A DNA stretch of 64,000 bases from Flavobacteriales bacterium (GCA_002722245.1 PBLA01000001.1:22292-86291), one strand, 5' to 3'; counted from the first letter of the stretch, positions 40,841-49,337 are shown. Notes: generated by a model not told the origin, from the sequence alone. A program made the numbers and translations.

Positions 40841-41148
40841 TCCAGCATAAATATATCTTCACCATCTTTTTTCATCAAATAGTGCTCCCGCGCATATTTC
40901 TCCATGAACTCACTATTGTTCATGTTTCGAAGAAAAATAGTATTCTTTGCAGTTTCTATTTTTAATCGTCGTAGCTCTTTTTTTAATTCATTTTTTTGTT
41001 GGATTAATTCTGCATGAAAAAAGAAATTATAGTGATCAAAGAAAGAAATCCAAACAAGAAAAACAAAACTGGTTAAGAAGAATCGATTTTTAAAAAAGGC
41101 AGGGATGTTTTCTATTAAGTTCACCTTTTGAAGATAGTGGAATATCAC
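40837..41148 (-). CDS. septum formation initiator (FtsB/DivIC-like)
   Basis: About 100 aa with a single TM ('FLTSFVFLVWISFF') followed by a coiled coil 'ELIQQKNELKKELRRLKIE'. Non-ATG (GTG) start, so the exact start is uncertain. Confidence 0.6.
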   Translation of the reverse strand: MIFHYLQKVNLIENIPAFFKNRFFLTSFVFLVWISFFDHYNFFFHAELIQQKNELKKELRRLKIETAKNTIFLRNMNNSEFMEKYAREHYLMKKDGEDIFMLD

Positions 41149-41250
41149 GATGGATATTATCTGGTCTTTATTTTGTTTTAAAAAACCACTTTTTAATAAG
41201 TGATCAACATCAATAGCTTACCCCATTATGGAGTTCATTCTTAACCTGTC

Positions 41251-42087
41251 TTAAGTCAATGATTTTTTTCTCACCTTTTGCCAACCTAAAACGCTGAAAA
41301 GTCCTAATCCCATTAATACACCAATAGCAGGAACTGTAGGTATATCGAGAAATAGCGCAATAAAGTGACCACAGATACAACTCATAATACCAAAGCAAAC
41401 AGCAATGATCAAAAATGGTTTAAGTTTTTGAGTTATGACATGCGCAAATGATGCAGGTACAACTAATAATCCAATGACCATTATTGCTCCAACACTATCG
41501 AAACTATATACTGTGGAAACGCTTGACAGACCCAAAAGAAGATAGTTCCAAAAAGGAATAGAAATCCCTATAGATTTCGCGTATGCTTGATCAAAGCTGG
41601 TTAATTTAAAGCCTTTCAATCCCAGTAAAACAATAGGAGCTGTGATTAAAGAAATAATAATCAAATTAAAAGTAGGAGTGGGTATTCCCCATGTTTTAGG
41701 AACGATAGGGATCGTGTTAATGTCGCCAAATAAGACGCAGTCCACATCAATATCAGCATTTTTTGCTTGTGAAGTAATGAGTATAATTCCAATTGCAAAA
41801 AGGAGTGTGTAAATAATTCCAATTGAACTATCTTTTCCAAAACCTCCTATTCGATTCAACCACTCAATTAACAAAATAGCGATAATCCCAAATCCACTTG
41901 CACCAAGAAGCATCCAGAAAGAGTTGATTTCACCTGAAATCATAAAAGCAATAACAATACCAGGTAAAACAGCATGAGATAAGGCATCACCAATAAGACT
42001 CATTTTTCGAAGTACAAGAAAACTTCCCAGTAAACTGGAGTTTATGCCGATAATGCATGCAGTGAGTATAATCCAAAAATCAAACAT
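41251..42087 (-). CDS. metal ABC transporter permease (ABC-3/TroD-ZnuB family)
   Basis: 8-9 TM segments. 'GDALSHAVLPGI' is the ABC-3 signature. The start overlaps the upstream stop (TAATG). Confidence 0.88.
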   Translation of the reverse strand: MFDFWIILTACIIGINSSLLGSFLVLRKMSLIGDALSHAVLPGIVIAFMISGEINSFWMLLGASGFGIIAILLIEWLNRIGGFGKDSSIGIIYTLLFAIGIILITSQAKNADIDVDCVLFGDINTIPIVPKTWGIPTPTFNLIIISLITAPIVLLGLKGFKLTSFDQAYAKSIGISIPFWNYLLLGLSSVSTVYSFDSVGAIMVIGLLVVPASFAHVITQKLKPFLIIAVCFGIMSCICGHFIALFLDIPTVPAIGVLMGLGLFSVLGWQKVRKKSLT

Positions 42088-43385
42088 TAGTCTTCGTAAG
42101 GGATATTTTGTTGATGCGGATCGCTCGTTGGCCTCCCCAGTGTTTTTAATAATTCTGTTTCAAGGGATTTAGTCATGATGTGCTCAATGGATTCAGCACT
42201 TTCATGAACATGATCGGATTGTATTTGCATAAACTTTTCCATGTAAAGCTCCCACAATCTATGTATCCTAATAATTCTCTTTGCCTCTGCAATTCCTTTT
42301 TCAGTAAGCGTCCAAGCCCCATTCGCTTCAATTACAAACTTTTTTCTTTTTAAGATACTCAACCCTTTACTGAGATCAAAAGAAGCAAAAGGATGAAAAT
42401 TTTGAATCATTTGAACAGAATAACTTTGATCAAATTGGTTTTTGTGTTCACCTAATTTATACAGCGTTTTTAGGACATTATCCGAGATTATTTTATTTCG
42501 GTTTTGAATCCCCATTATTTTTTTTGTGATTAATCCCTTTCGAGATAGTAATGCGGACAAAATAGCGATGGTGGATAGTACTACAATAATCCAGGGGCCT
42601 GTAGGCATGTCTGGAAACAGATAGGAAACAAAAACACCCAAAATACTGCTTAAAGCTGCAAACGCACCAGACAATAAAATAGATTTTTTAAAGTGGTTGG
42701 TCCAGAAAAATGCAGAAGAGGCAGGAGTAATAATTAATGCACTCATCAGAATTATTCCAACTGTTTGAATTCCAATAGCAGTGCTCACGATAATTAATCC
42801 TGAAATTAGACTTTGAACAAGTTTGTTATTTAAACCAATTGTGTTTGCAAATCCCTGATCAAACAATGCAATTTTGAAGTGTCTATAAAATAAAATAACA
42901 ACCCCTAAAACAAGTCCACATAATCCACAAAAGAGATAGAGGTCTTTTCGAACAATCGTAGCTGCTTTTCCAAACAGAAAATCAGAAAGACCACTCTGCT
43001 GACTATTTCCTGAGTGTTGTATAATACTTAACAAAATAACACCTAAACTAAAGAGCACTGATAAGGCAATTGCAATGGCTGCATCTTTTTTAATTCGTGA
43101 GATTTTTGTTAACCAGTCTACAAGGAATACGGCAATTGCTCCAGCAAACATTCCTCCAGCTATTAAATAAATTGGATTTTTAACCCCAGAGAGCATAAAT
43201 CCTAAACATACACCTGGTAAAACAGAGTGGGAAACGGCATCAACAATTAATGCTTTTTTATTTAAAACAACTAAAACCCCTACAATACCGCACGTAAAAC
43301 CTAAAATTAACGTTCCAAAAAAAACGTTCGAAATATTGGCGTCTTGAAAAGAAAAAAAATAAATAAAATCGTCCCAAAATTTCAT
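42087..43385 (-). CDS. metal ABC transporter permease fused to a C-terminal DtxR/MntR-type repressor domain
   Basis: The first ~300 residues are ABC-3 permease ('VDAVSHSVLPGV'). The last ~130 aa align to the free-standing repressor encoded at 45094-45756: 'IRIHRLWELYMEKFMQIQSDHVHESAESIEHIM...LGRPTSDPHQQNIP' vs 'IRKHRLWEVFLVEKLKFGWDEIHEIAEQLEHIK...LGYPKNDPHGDPIP'. ATG 43385 lies 1 nt after the ATPase stop. Confidence 0.85.
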   Translation of the reverse strand: MKFWDDFIYFFSFQDANISNVFFGTLILGFTCGIVGVLVVLNKKALIVDAVSHSVLPGVCLGFMLSGVKNPIYLIAGGMFAGAIAVFLVDWLTKISRIKKDAAIAIALSVLFSLGVILLSIIQHSGNSQQSGLSDFLFGKAATIVRKDLYLFCGLCGLVLGVVILFYRHFKIALFDQGFANTIGLNNKLVQSLISGLIIVSTAIGIQTVGIILMSALIITPASSAFFWTNHFKKSILLSGAFAALSSILGVFVSYLFPDMPTGPWIIVVLSTIAILSALLSRKGLITKKIMGIQNRNKIISDNVLKTLYKLGEHKNQFDQSYSVQMIQNFHPFASFDLSKGLSILKRKKFVIEANGAWTLTEKGIAEAKRIIRIHRLWELYMEKFMQIQSDHVHESAESIEHIMTKSLETELLKTLGRPTSDPHQQNIPYED

Positions 43386-43386
43386 G

Positions 43387-44172
43387 TTACTCTCGAATTG
43401 GAAATTGTCGTTGTTTGTATACTTCACCCAATTGCTCAAGAATACTCAGATTACCTCCGTAAGTTTTTTGCAGAAGTTCAGTAGTATATACGTCGTTAGT
43501 GGGACCACTCGCAACGATTCGTTTGTTAATAAGAACCATCCAATCAAAATATTCCATTGCAGATTGAAGGTCGTGATGAACAACAAAAATTGTTTTTCCT
43601 TCCTGTTGAAGCGTTAAAAGAAGATCAACAATTGCTTTTTCACTGGCCATATCAACACCAGCAAAAGGCTCATCCATGAAGTACAAATCTGCCTCTTGAG
43701 CCAAAGCTCGGGCAATGAATACACGTTGTTGTTGTCCACCAGAAAGAGCCGAAATATGATGCTTTGCGAAATCCATCATTTTTACTTTTTTAAGCGCATC
43801 AATAGCAATTTGTTTATCCTGTTTTGTTAGGCGTTTGAAAAGACTTTTTTTACCATATCTTCCCATTTCTACAACATCAAGGACAGTTGCAGGAAAATCC
43901 CAGTCAACCGATTCTTTCTGGGGTACATAAGCTATTTTTTGTCGAACCTTTTTTAAAGGTTGATTAAAGATTTTTACATAACCACTTGCTGATGGAACAA
44001 GTTCCATCATGGCTTTTAATAGGGTGGATTTACCCGCACCATTTGGCCCTATAATACCGACCATTTTCCCCTTAGGAATGTTAAAATCCACATTCCATAA
44101 TACGGGTTTATTATTATAGGCAACCGTTAAATCGTGAATTTCAACAATAGCCTCTTCTACATGCTTAATCAT
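43387..44172 (-). CDS. metal ABC transporter ATP-binding protein
   Basis: Walker A 'GPNGAGKST', signature 'LSGGQQQR', Walker B 'LYFMDEP'. Confidence 0.92.
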   Translation of the reverse strand: MIKHVEEAIVEIHDLTVAYNNKPVLWNVDFNIPKGKMVGIIGPNGAGKSTLLKAMMELVPSASGYVKIFNQPLKKVRQKIAYVPQKESVDWDFPATVLDVVEMGRYGKKSLFKRLTKQDKQIAIDALKKVKMMDFAKHHISALSGGQQQRVFIARALAQEADLYFMDEPFAGVDMASEKAIVDLLLTLQQEGKTIFVVHHDLQSAMEYFDWMVLINKRIVASGPTNDVYTTELLQKTYGGNLSILEQLGEVYKQRQFPIRE

Positions 44173-45092
44173 TTGCTTAATGCGCTAACAATTGTTTGGG
44201 TATTTTTTTTAATCATTTTAATGTAGGTTTCTGCACCACTTTGAGCATCACCTAAACCATCGCTGTAGAGCGTTCCACCAATTTTTAGGTCTAGTCCTTT
44301 TGATCGGCACCCTTCAATGATTGCATTGATATTTTTTCTAGAAACAGAATTTTCTATGAAAATGGCAGGGATTTTTCTACTTACTATAAGATCAGTTAAT
44401 TCTGTTATTCCGCGAACAGAAATATCGGATGCGGTTGATATACCTTGTACACCTTTTACTTCAATACCAAATGCTCGTCCATAATATCCGAATGCATCGT
44501 GCGCTGTAATCAACACCCTAATTGAATCAGGTATTTTATTCATTTCACGTTTAACATAAAGTTCAGTGGCTAATAATTTTTTTGTGTAGGATTTTGTTGC
44601 AGAATCAATATAGTTTTGATGAATAGGGAATTTTTTGGAAAATTCTTTTCCTACAAGTTCTACGGATGTTGCAAATAAATTAACATCATGCCAAAAATGT
44701 GGGTCATGAGCTGTTCCAAACTCTGTAGTTGCTCTTAATCTTTCCTCAGGTACAATTTCTCCGAGTTTAACCACATGACGAGATTTTCCTATTTCATCAA
44801 TAGCATCCAGCAAGTTAGATTCAAAGTGAATACCATTACAGGCAACAGATTCTGCGTTTAACATCGCTTTCATTTCAGATGCTTTACTCTTGTAGGTATG
44901 GGGGTCAACTCCAGGACCCATTAATGCTTCGATTTCAAAGGGTGTAGGAGGAAGGATGTTCTTCATAGCATCAGCAATTACACCTGTTGTACAAATTACA
45001 TGAACGCTCGAAGATGACATCTTATTTTCATGCGATGAACATCCAATTATAATAAGAATGGAAAGAAGGGGAAGATAAAGCAGGTTTTTCAT
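44169..45092 (-). CDS. metal ABC transporter substrate-binding lipoprotein (TroA/ZnuA/PsaA cluster A-I)
   Basis: Lipobox 'IIIGC'. Metal-ligand contexts 'GVDPHTY' and 'DPHFWHD'; 'AHDAFGY'. ATG 45092 lies 1 nt after the repressor stop. Confidence 0.88.
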   Translation of the reverse strand: MKNLLYLPLLSILIIIGCSSHENKMSSSSVHVICTTGVIADAMKNILPPTPFEIEALMGPGVDPHTYKSKASEMKAMLNAESVACNGIHFESNLLDAIDEIGKSRHVVKLGEIVPEERLRATTEFGTAHDPHFWHDVNLFATSVELVGKEFSKKFPIHQNYIDSATKSYTKKLLATELYVKREMNKIPDSIRVLITAHDAFGYYGRAFGIEVKGVQGISTASDISVRGITELTDLIVSRKIPAIFIENSVSRKNINAIIEGCRSKGLDLKIGGTLYSDGLGDAQSGAETYIKMIKKNTQTIVSALSK

Positions 45093-45093
45093 A

Positions 45094-45756
45094 TTATTTT
45101 TCTTTGGAAACATTAAGGTTTTTAGCCACTAATTCTGAAAATGTCCGTTCAGTTTTTTGATTGACCAAAACTTTTAAGGACTTGTCAAATTGAAAGAAAT
45201 CTAAAATTTCAATGGATGAACCCAGTTTGAGGTCGATACTATCTAAATATCTTAAGAAATCTTTGGAGTCTTCAGAGACACCAATTAAAATTGATTTTTC
45301 ACCAATTGATAAATCATTTAATTTGTATTTTTTTAGAGTATGAAACTCGCCTTTTTTGTTTGGAATGGGATCACCATGAGGATCGTTTTTTGGATATCCC
45401 AAGTGCTCGTCCAATTTATCAATAAGTTTTGCGGATTTAATGTGCTCCAATTGCTCAGCAATTTCATGAATTTCATCCCATCCGAATTTAAGTTTCTCTA
45501 CCAAAAAAACTTCCCACAAACGATGTTTTCTTATTACATGTAATGCAATTTGTTCACCTTCTTTTGAAAGTGTTGTTCCTTGATATTTTATATAGTTTAC
45601 TAAACCTTTGTCGGCCAATTTTTTTACCATATCGGATACCGAGGAAGCTTTTGTAGAGAGCTCTTCAGCAATTGCATTGGTGGAAACTCCTTCTTTTGAT
45701 GGTCCGCTTAACTTAAAAATTGCTTTTAGATAATCTTCGGTGGTACTGGTTTGCAT
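45094..45756 (-). CDS. DtxR/MntR-family metal-dependent transcriptional repressor with C-terminal FeoA/SH3-like domain
   Basis: wHTH 'TEDYLKAIFKL...TNAIAEELSTKASSVSDMVKKL', dimerisation/metal region 'HRLWEVFL...IHEIAEQLEH', 'DPHGDPIP', then an SH3-like tail. Confidence 0.9.
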   Translation of the reverse strand: MQTSTTEDYLKAIFKLSGPSKEGVSTNAIAEELSTKASSVSDMVKKLADKGLVNYIKYQGTTLSKEGEQIALHVIRKHRLWEVFLVEKLKFGWDEIHEIAEQLEHIKSAKLIDKLDEHLGYPKNDPHGDPIPNKKGEFHTLKKYKLNDLSIGEKSILIGVSEDSKDFLRYLDSIDLKLGSSIEILDFFQFDKSLKVLVNQKTERTFSELVAKNLNVSKEK

Positions 45757-45783
45757 TTACTCTAAGATTTAGACAAAGATAAA

Positions 45784-45791
45784 CAAATTTA
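45784..45791 (-). promoter_or_regulatory. -7 promoter box TAAATTTG (minus strand) of the metal-uptake operon
   Basis: Plus-strand caaattta. 27 nt upstream of ATG 45756. Overlaps the palindrome at 45787-45804. Confidence 0.5.
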
Positions 45792-45804
45792 GACTTGTCT
45801 AAAT
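45787..45804. promoter_or_regulatory. candidate DtxR/MntR operator: perfect 8-2-8 palindrome ATTTAGAC-TT-GTCTAAAT
   Basis: Perfect inverted repeat read directly from the sequence. An extra ATTTAGAC half-site lies at 45767-45774, 20 nt away. Confidence 0.55.
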
Positions 45805-45934
45805 ACCGTGTTTGGTGTAACTAAAAATATTGGCAAACAGTTGTTTTAGCTGTTTTTTATAGAAATCGATGATAAAATATATTTAGTTCGTAGTTTCTTT
45901 TTTTGAAATCTGAATTTGGTTAACTTAGAAAGTA

Positions 45935-46342
45935 ATGAAAAAGCTTCTTTTTTTGGTGCTTACTCTTACAGTTTTAGGTTGCACGAATAATAATGGTACG
46001 GTATTATGGAGAGTTTGGTATGCTGTTCAGGTACCGCCTAATTACGATTTGAAAATCACCTACAATTCGGATAAGTTTTTTGATTCGGGCGTGCATGATA
46101 CGATTTATGTTCATGACAGTAGCTATGTACAGCAATTAGATGGTTTTTGGATCGGTCAACGCCTTCAAGAGAACAAAGAACATGGCTATTATATAAATAT
46201 TAAAATTGATTCCTTAACACCTTATGATGGTCATTTAGGTGTATTTGTATATGCGAATGATACATCTTTACTGGATTCTGTTTTATATCCATATGGAAGA
46301 AAAGAAATCACCCTTCAAGGTGATATTCCAATCAATTTTTAA
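45935..46342 (+). CDS. hypothetical lipoprotein
   Basis: Lipobox 'LTVLGC'. No family recognised. Confidence 0.5.
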   Translation: MKKLLFLVLTLTVLGCTNNNGTVLWRVWYAVQVPPNYDLKITYNSDKFFDSGVHDTIYVHDSSYVQQLDGFWIGQRLQENKEHGYYINIKIDSLTPYDGHLGVFVYANDTSLLDSVLYPYGRKEITLQGDIPINF

Positions 46343-46344
46343 CT

Positions 46345-46761
46345 ATGCAACGAAAAATTTTAATAACAGCGGCGGTTATGGGGGTATTATCCGTTATAAT
46401 TGGTGCTTGGGCTGCTCACGGTATACAAGGCGTGATTTTGGATTCTGATCCTGATAAAATGAGTAAAATTGATAGTTTTAAGGTTGGAGTTCGTTACCAA
46501 TTTTATCATACTTTTCTTCTTTTGTTTTTGAGTTTAATACCAATTGAACGGTTTTCTAGTTTATTGTCTATTGTGTATAGATTAGTTGTTATAGGCGTAG
46601 TCCTGTTTTCAGGATCAATTTATGCATTAGCGCTCAAAAGTCAACTCGGGCTTGAAGGGGCTACAAAGTTTCTAGGTCCTATAACTCCTATTGGAGGCTT
46701 AACGTTAATTGTTGCCTGGAGTATATTGGTGTTCTATGGTTTAAAACAAAAAAAAATATGA
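46345..46761 (+). CDS. DUF423 (YgdD/TMEM256-like) membrane protein
   Basis: 4 TM segments. 'GAWAAHG' near the N-terminus and a G-rich last helix are typical of DUF423. Confidence 0.65.
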   Translation: MQRKILITAAVMGVLSVIIGAWAAHGIQGVILDSDPDKMSKIDSFKVGVRYQFYHTFLLLFLSLIPIERFSSLLSIVYRLVVIGVVLFSGSIYALALKSQLGLEGATKFLGPITPIGGLTLIVAWSILVFYGLKQKKI

Positions 46762-48254
46762 TGGAGAATACATACGAAGGATATAAAGCTCATTTGCAAA
46801 AAATTGCCCATTTAAATTCAACTATGGCGTTATTAAGTTGGGATCAAGAAACCAATATGCCTAAAAAGGGAGCAGCGATCAGAGCGCAGCAGTTAAGTAC
46901 TTTGAGTACAATGGTACATGAATTGTTTACTGATCTTCGATTTGAAAACCTGGTAAATCATTTATTGGCAAAAAGTTGTTTTGGGTTTAAAGAGATGCGT
47001 AATCTTCAACTTACCAAGGAGTCTATTGAAGAAAATAAAAAACTTAATTCAGACTTCATTAAAAGGGCTGCAATTGCACGATCGGAGGCATTTCAATCAT
47101 GGGAACAAGCTCGAAGAGAAGAGCGTTTTTCTGTATTTATTCCGAGTCTTCAAAAAATTGTTGATTTAGAAAAAGAGAAAGCAGAACTATTAGGGTACAA
47201 CGATCATCCTTATGATGCCCTTTTAAACTTATATGAAAAAGATTCTACTGTTCATCAATTGAAGCAGGTTTTTACTCAGGTTAAGAACCATATCGTACCA
47301 TTTATTCAAGAAATATCAGCCAACGAACAGGTGGACGATTCCTTTCTGTATCAATATTATAATAAAGATGCACAATTTGATTTTAGTTTGGAGTTGTTAA
47401 ACTTTATGGGGTATGATTTTGATGCGGGAAGGCAAGATTTATCTACCCATCCTTTTACGATTAATTTTAGCGCTCATGACGTAAGATTGACTACAAGAGT
47501 CAATGAATATAATTTGTCGGAAGTGATTTGGAGTACCATTCATGAAGGCGGGCATGGGCTTTATGAGCAAGGTTTACCTATCAACCACTATGGGCTGCCA
47601 AGTGGTGAATATGTGAGTTTAGGTATTCACGAATCTCAGAGCCGGATTTGGGAAAATAACATTGGAAGAGCACTCCCTTGGTGGAAATTTTTATACCCTA
47701 AACTTCAAAAAGTCTTCCCTGAACAGCTTGGAGATGTTTCATTAGACCAGTTTTACAAGGCGATCAATAAGGTGCAGCCTTCTCTTATTCGAACCTCTGC
47801 TGATGAATTGACTTATCATGTGCATGTGATGATACGGTTTGAGATAGAGTGTAGCCTAATGGAGGGGGTAATTGAAGTTACAGATCTTGAGGAAGTTTGG
47901 AACGAAAAATACCAAGATTATTTAGGTGTAACACCTGATAAACCAACTGAAGGGATATTACAAGATATTCACTGGAGTCATGGAAGTTTAGGGTATTTCC
48001 CTACGTATTCAGTTGGAAGCTTTTATGCCGCCCAATTATATGCTCAAGCGGAAAAAGATATTCCTAATTTGGATGAAAAACTTGCCCAAGGAAAGACGAA
48101 TGATTTTTTAACCCTCATGCGGAAAAAGATTCATCAGTATGGTAAGTTATATCCCGCTGACCAGCTCGTGGAGCGTTTTAGCGGTGAGTCATTGAATATC
48201 AAGTATTTTATGGATTATGTTCATGAAAAATATCTCAAGATTTATGGTTTTTAA
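46758..48254 (+). CDS. carboxypeptidase M32 (Taq-type metallocarboxypeptidase)
   Basis: 'HPF' motif ('STHPFT'), zinc site 'IHEGGHGLYE' (HExxH), 'HESQSRIWEN', 'IRTSADELTY', 'DIHWS'. Confidence 0.88.
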   Translation: MMENTYEGYKAHLQKIAHLNSTMALLSWDQETNMPKKGAAIRAQQLSTLSTMVHELFTDLRFENLVNHLLAKSCFGFKEMRNLQLTKESIEENKKLNSDFIKRAAIARSEAFQSWEQARREERFSVFIPSLQKIVDLEKEKAELLGYNDHPYDALLNLYEKDSTVHQLKQVFTQVKNHIVPFIQEISANEQVDDSFLYQYYNKDAQFDFSLELLNFMGYDFDAGRQDLSTHPFTINFSAHDVRLTTRVNEYNLSEVIWSTIHEGGHGLYEQGLPINHYGLPSGEYVSLGIHESQSRIWENNIGRALPWWKFLYPKLQKVFPEQLGDVSLDQFYKAINKVQPSLIRTSADELTYHVHVMIRFEIECSLMEGVIEVTDLEEVWNEKYQDYLGVTPDKPTEGILQDIHWSHGSLGYFPTYSVGSFYAAQLYAQAEKDIPNLDEKLAQGKTNDFLTLMRKKIHQYGKLYPADQLVERFSGESLNIKYFMDYVHEKYLKIYGF

Positions 48255-48608
48255 TTTTTTTTTCATTGTTTGAGTAAGTCTGAGCTCCCCTTTTATTCAT
48301 GGTGTTCTACCAAAAATATTTACACATTTGATTCCTTTATTTAGTGGTTATGAAATTTAAACAGTTGTAACCCAACGATTAACACGACGTATCAAAAGAT
48401 GACAATTGGATTGTAATGTAAATTATATTCCTCTTAATATTTGATTTTTTTTGAAAACGACTTGAACAAGCTATTCAAAATGTGTTTTTTCTGATCAACT
48501 GTTTATGCAGTGGTGGTTATGAAGTGTTTTTAAAAATCAGAAAATCTTTCATTAGAGTAGTTTTTTAATTGTGTTATCAAATTAAAACTTAACTAAAACT
48601 CTAGTATC

Positions 48609-49337
48609 ATGGAAAATTTATTTTTAACAGCAACTTTAGAAGCGGGGGACTATGTAGGGTTTACCTTCTTCATCGGTAGTATGGCCATGCTAGCCGCTAC
48701 TGTATTTTTCTTTCTAGAAATGAAATCAGTTTCTGGAAAGTGGAGAACGTCACTATTGGTGTCGGGATTAATTACATTTATTGCCGCAGTGCATTATTAT
48801 TACATGCGGGATTTCTGGGTGGAAAACAAAACCTCACCAACAGAATTTCGATATATTGACTGGATTCTAACGGTTCCTTTGATGTGTGTTGAATTCTATT
48901 TAATTCTTAAAGCATTTGGAGCAAAAAAAGGGTTGCTTTGGAAAATGATTTTTTACTCGGTATGGATGTTAGTTACCGGTTATTTAGGTGAAACCGTTTT
49001 CAGAGAATCAAGCGCAACTTGGGGTGCCATTTCAACAATTGGTTATTTAGGTATATTTTATGAAGTATGGTTTGGATCTGCTAAGCAACTATCCAACAAT
49101 TCAAACAATCCTACTCTACAAAAAGCGTTTAGTGCACTTGCATGGTTTATTTTTGCAGGATGGGCTATTTATCCAATTGGATACATGACAATTCCAGGTG
49201 GGTTATTAAGTGGAGCATTACCTGCGGAATCAATGGATATCATTTATAACATTGGTGATGCAATTAACAAAATTGGATTTGGATTGGTTATTTATAGTTT
49301 AGCGATAAATAGCACAAATGAAACCTCTGCTGCATAA
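48609..49337 (+). CDS. proteorhodopsin (light-driven H+ pump, DTE motif, Met at tuning position 105)
   Basis: 7 TM segments. 'FRYIDWILTVPLMCVEFYLIL' gives R94/D97/T101/M105/E108 (green PR numbering). 'AVHYYYMR' gives H75. 'IGDAINKIGFG' gives D227/N230/K231 (Schiff-base Lys). Confidence 0.93.
   Translation: MENLFLTATLEAGDYVGFTFFIGSMAMLAATVFFFLEMKSVSGKWRTSLLVSGLITFIAAVHYYYMRDFWVENKTSPTEFRYIDWILTVPLMCVEFYLILKAFGAKKGLLWKMIFYSVWMLVTGYLGETVFRESSATWGAISTIGYLGIFYEVWFGSAKQLSNNSNNPTLQKAFSALAWFIFAGWAIYPIGYMTIPGGLLSGALPAESMDIIYNIGDAINKIGFGLVIYSLAINSTNETSAA

Noticed and set aside
41210-41398. 62-aa minus-strand ORF overlapping the 3' end of the ABC permease gene
   Set aside because: It is out of frame within the permease gene (41251-42087) and has an implausible Cys/Tyr/Trp-rich sequence, so it is spurious.
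48345-48535. Mini-ORFs created by the duplicated 11-mer (ATG AAA TTT AAA CAG TTG TAA and ATG AAG TGT TTT TAA) as possible leader peptides
   Set aside because: The AT-rich leader contains several other ATG-plus-stop mini-frames (for example at 48299 and 48398), so tiny ORFs are expected by chance. There is no attenuator-like structure and no conservation evidence.
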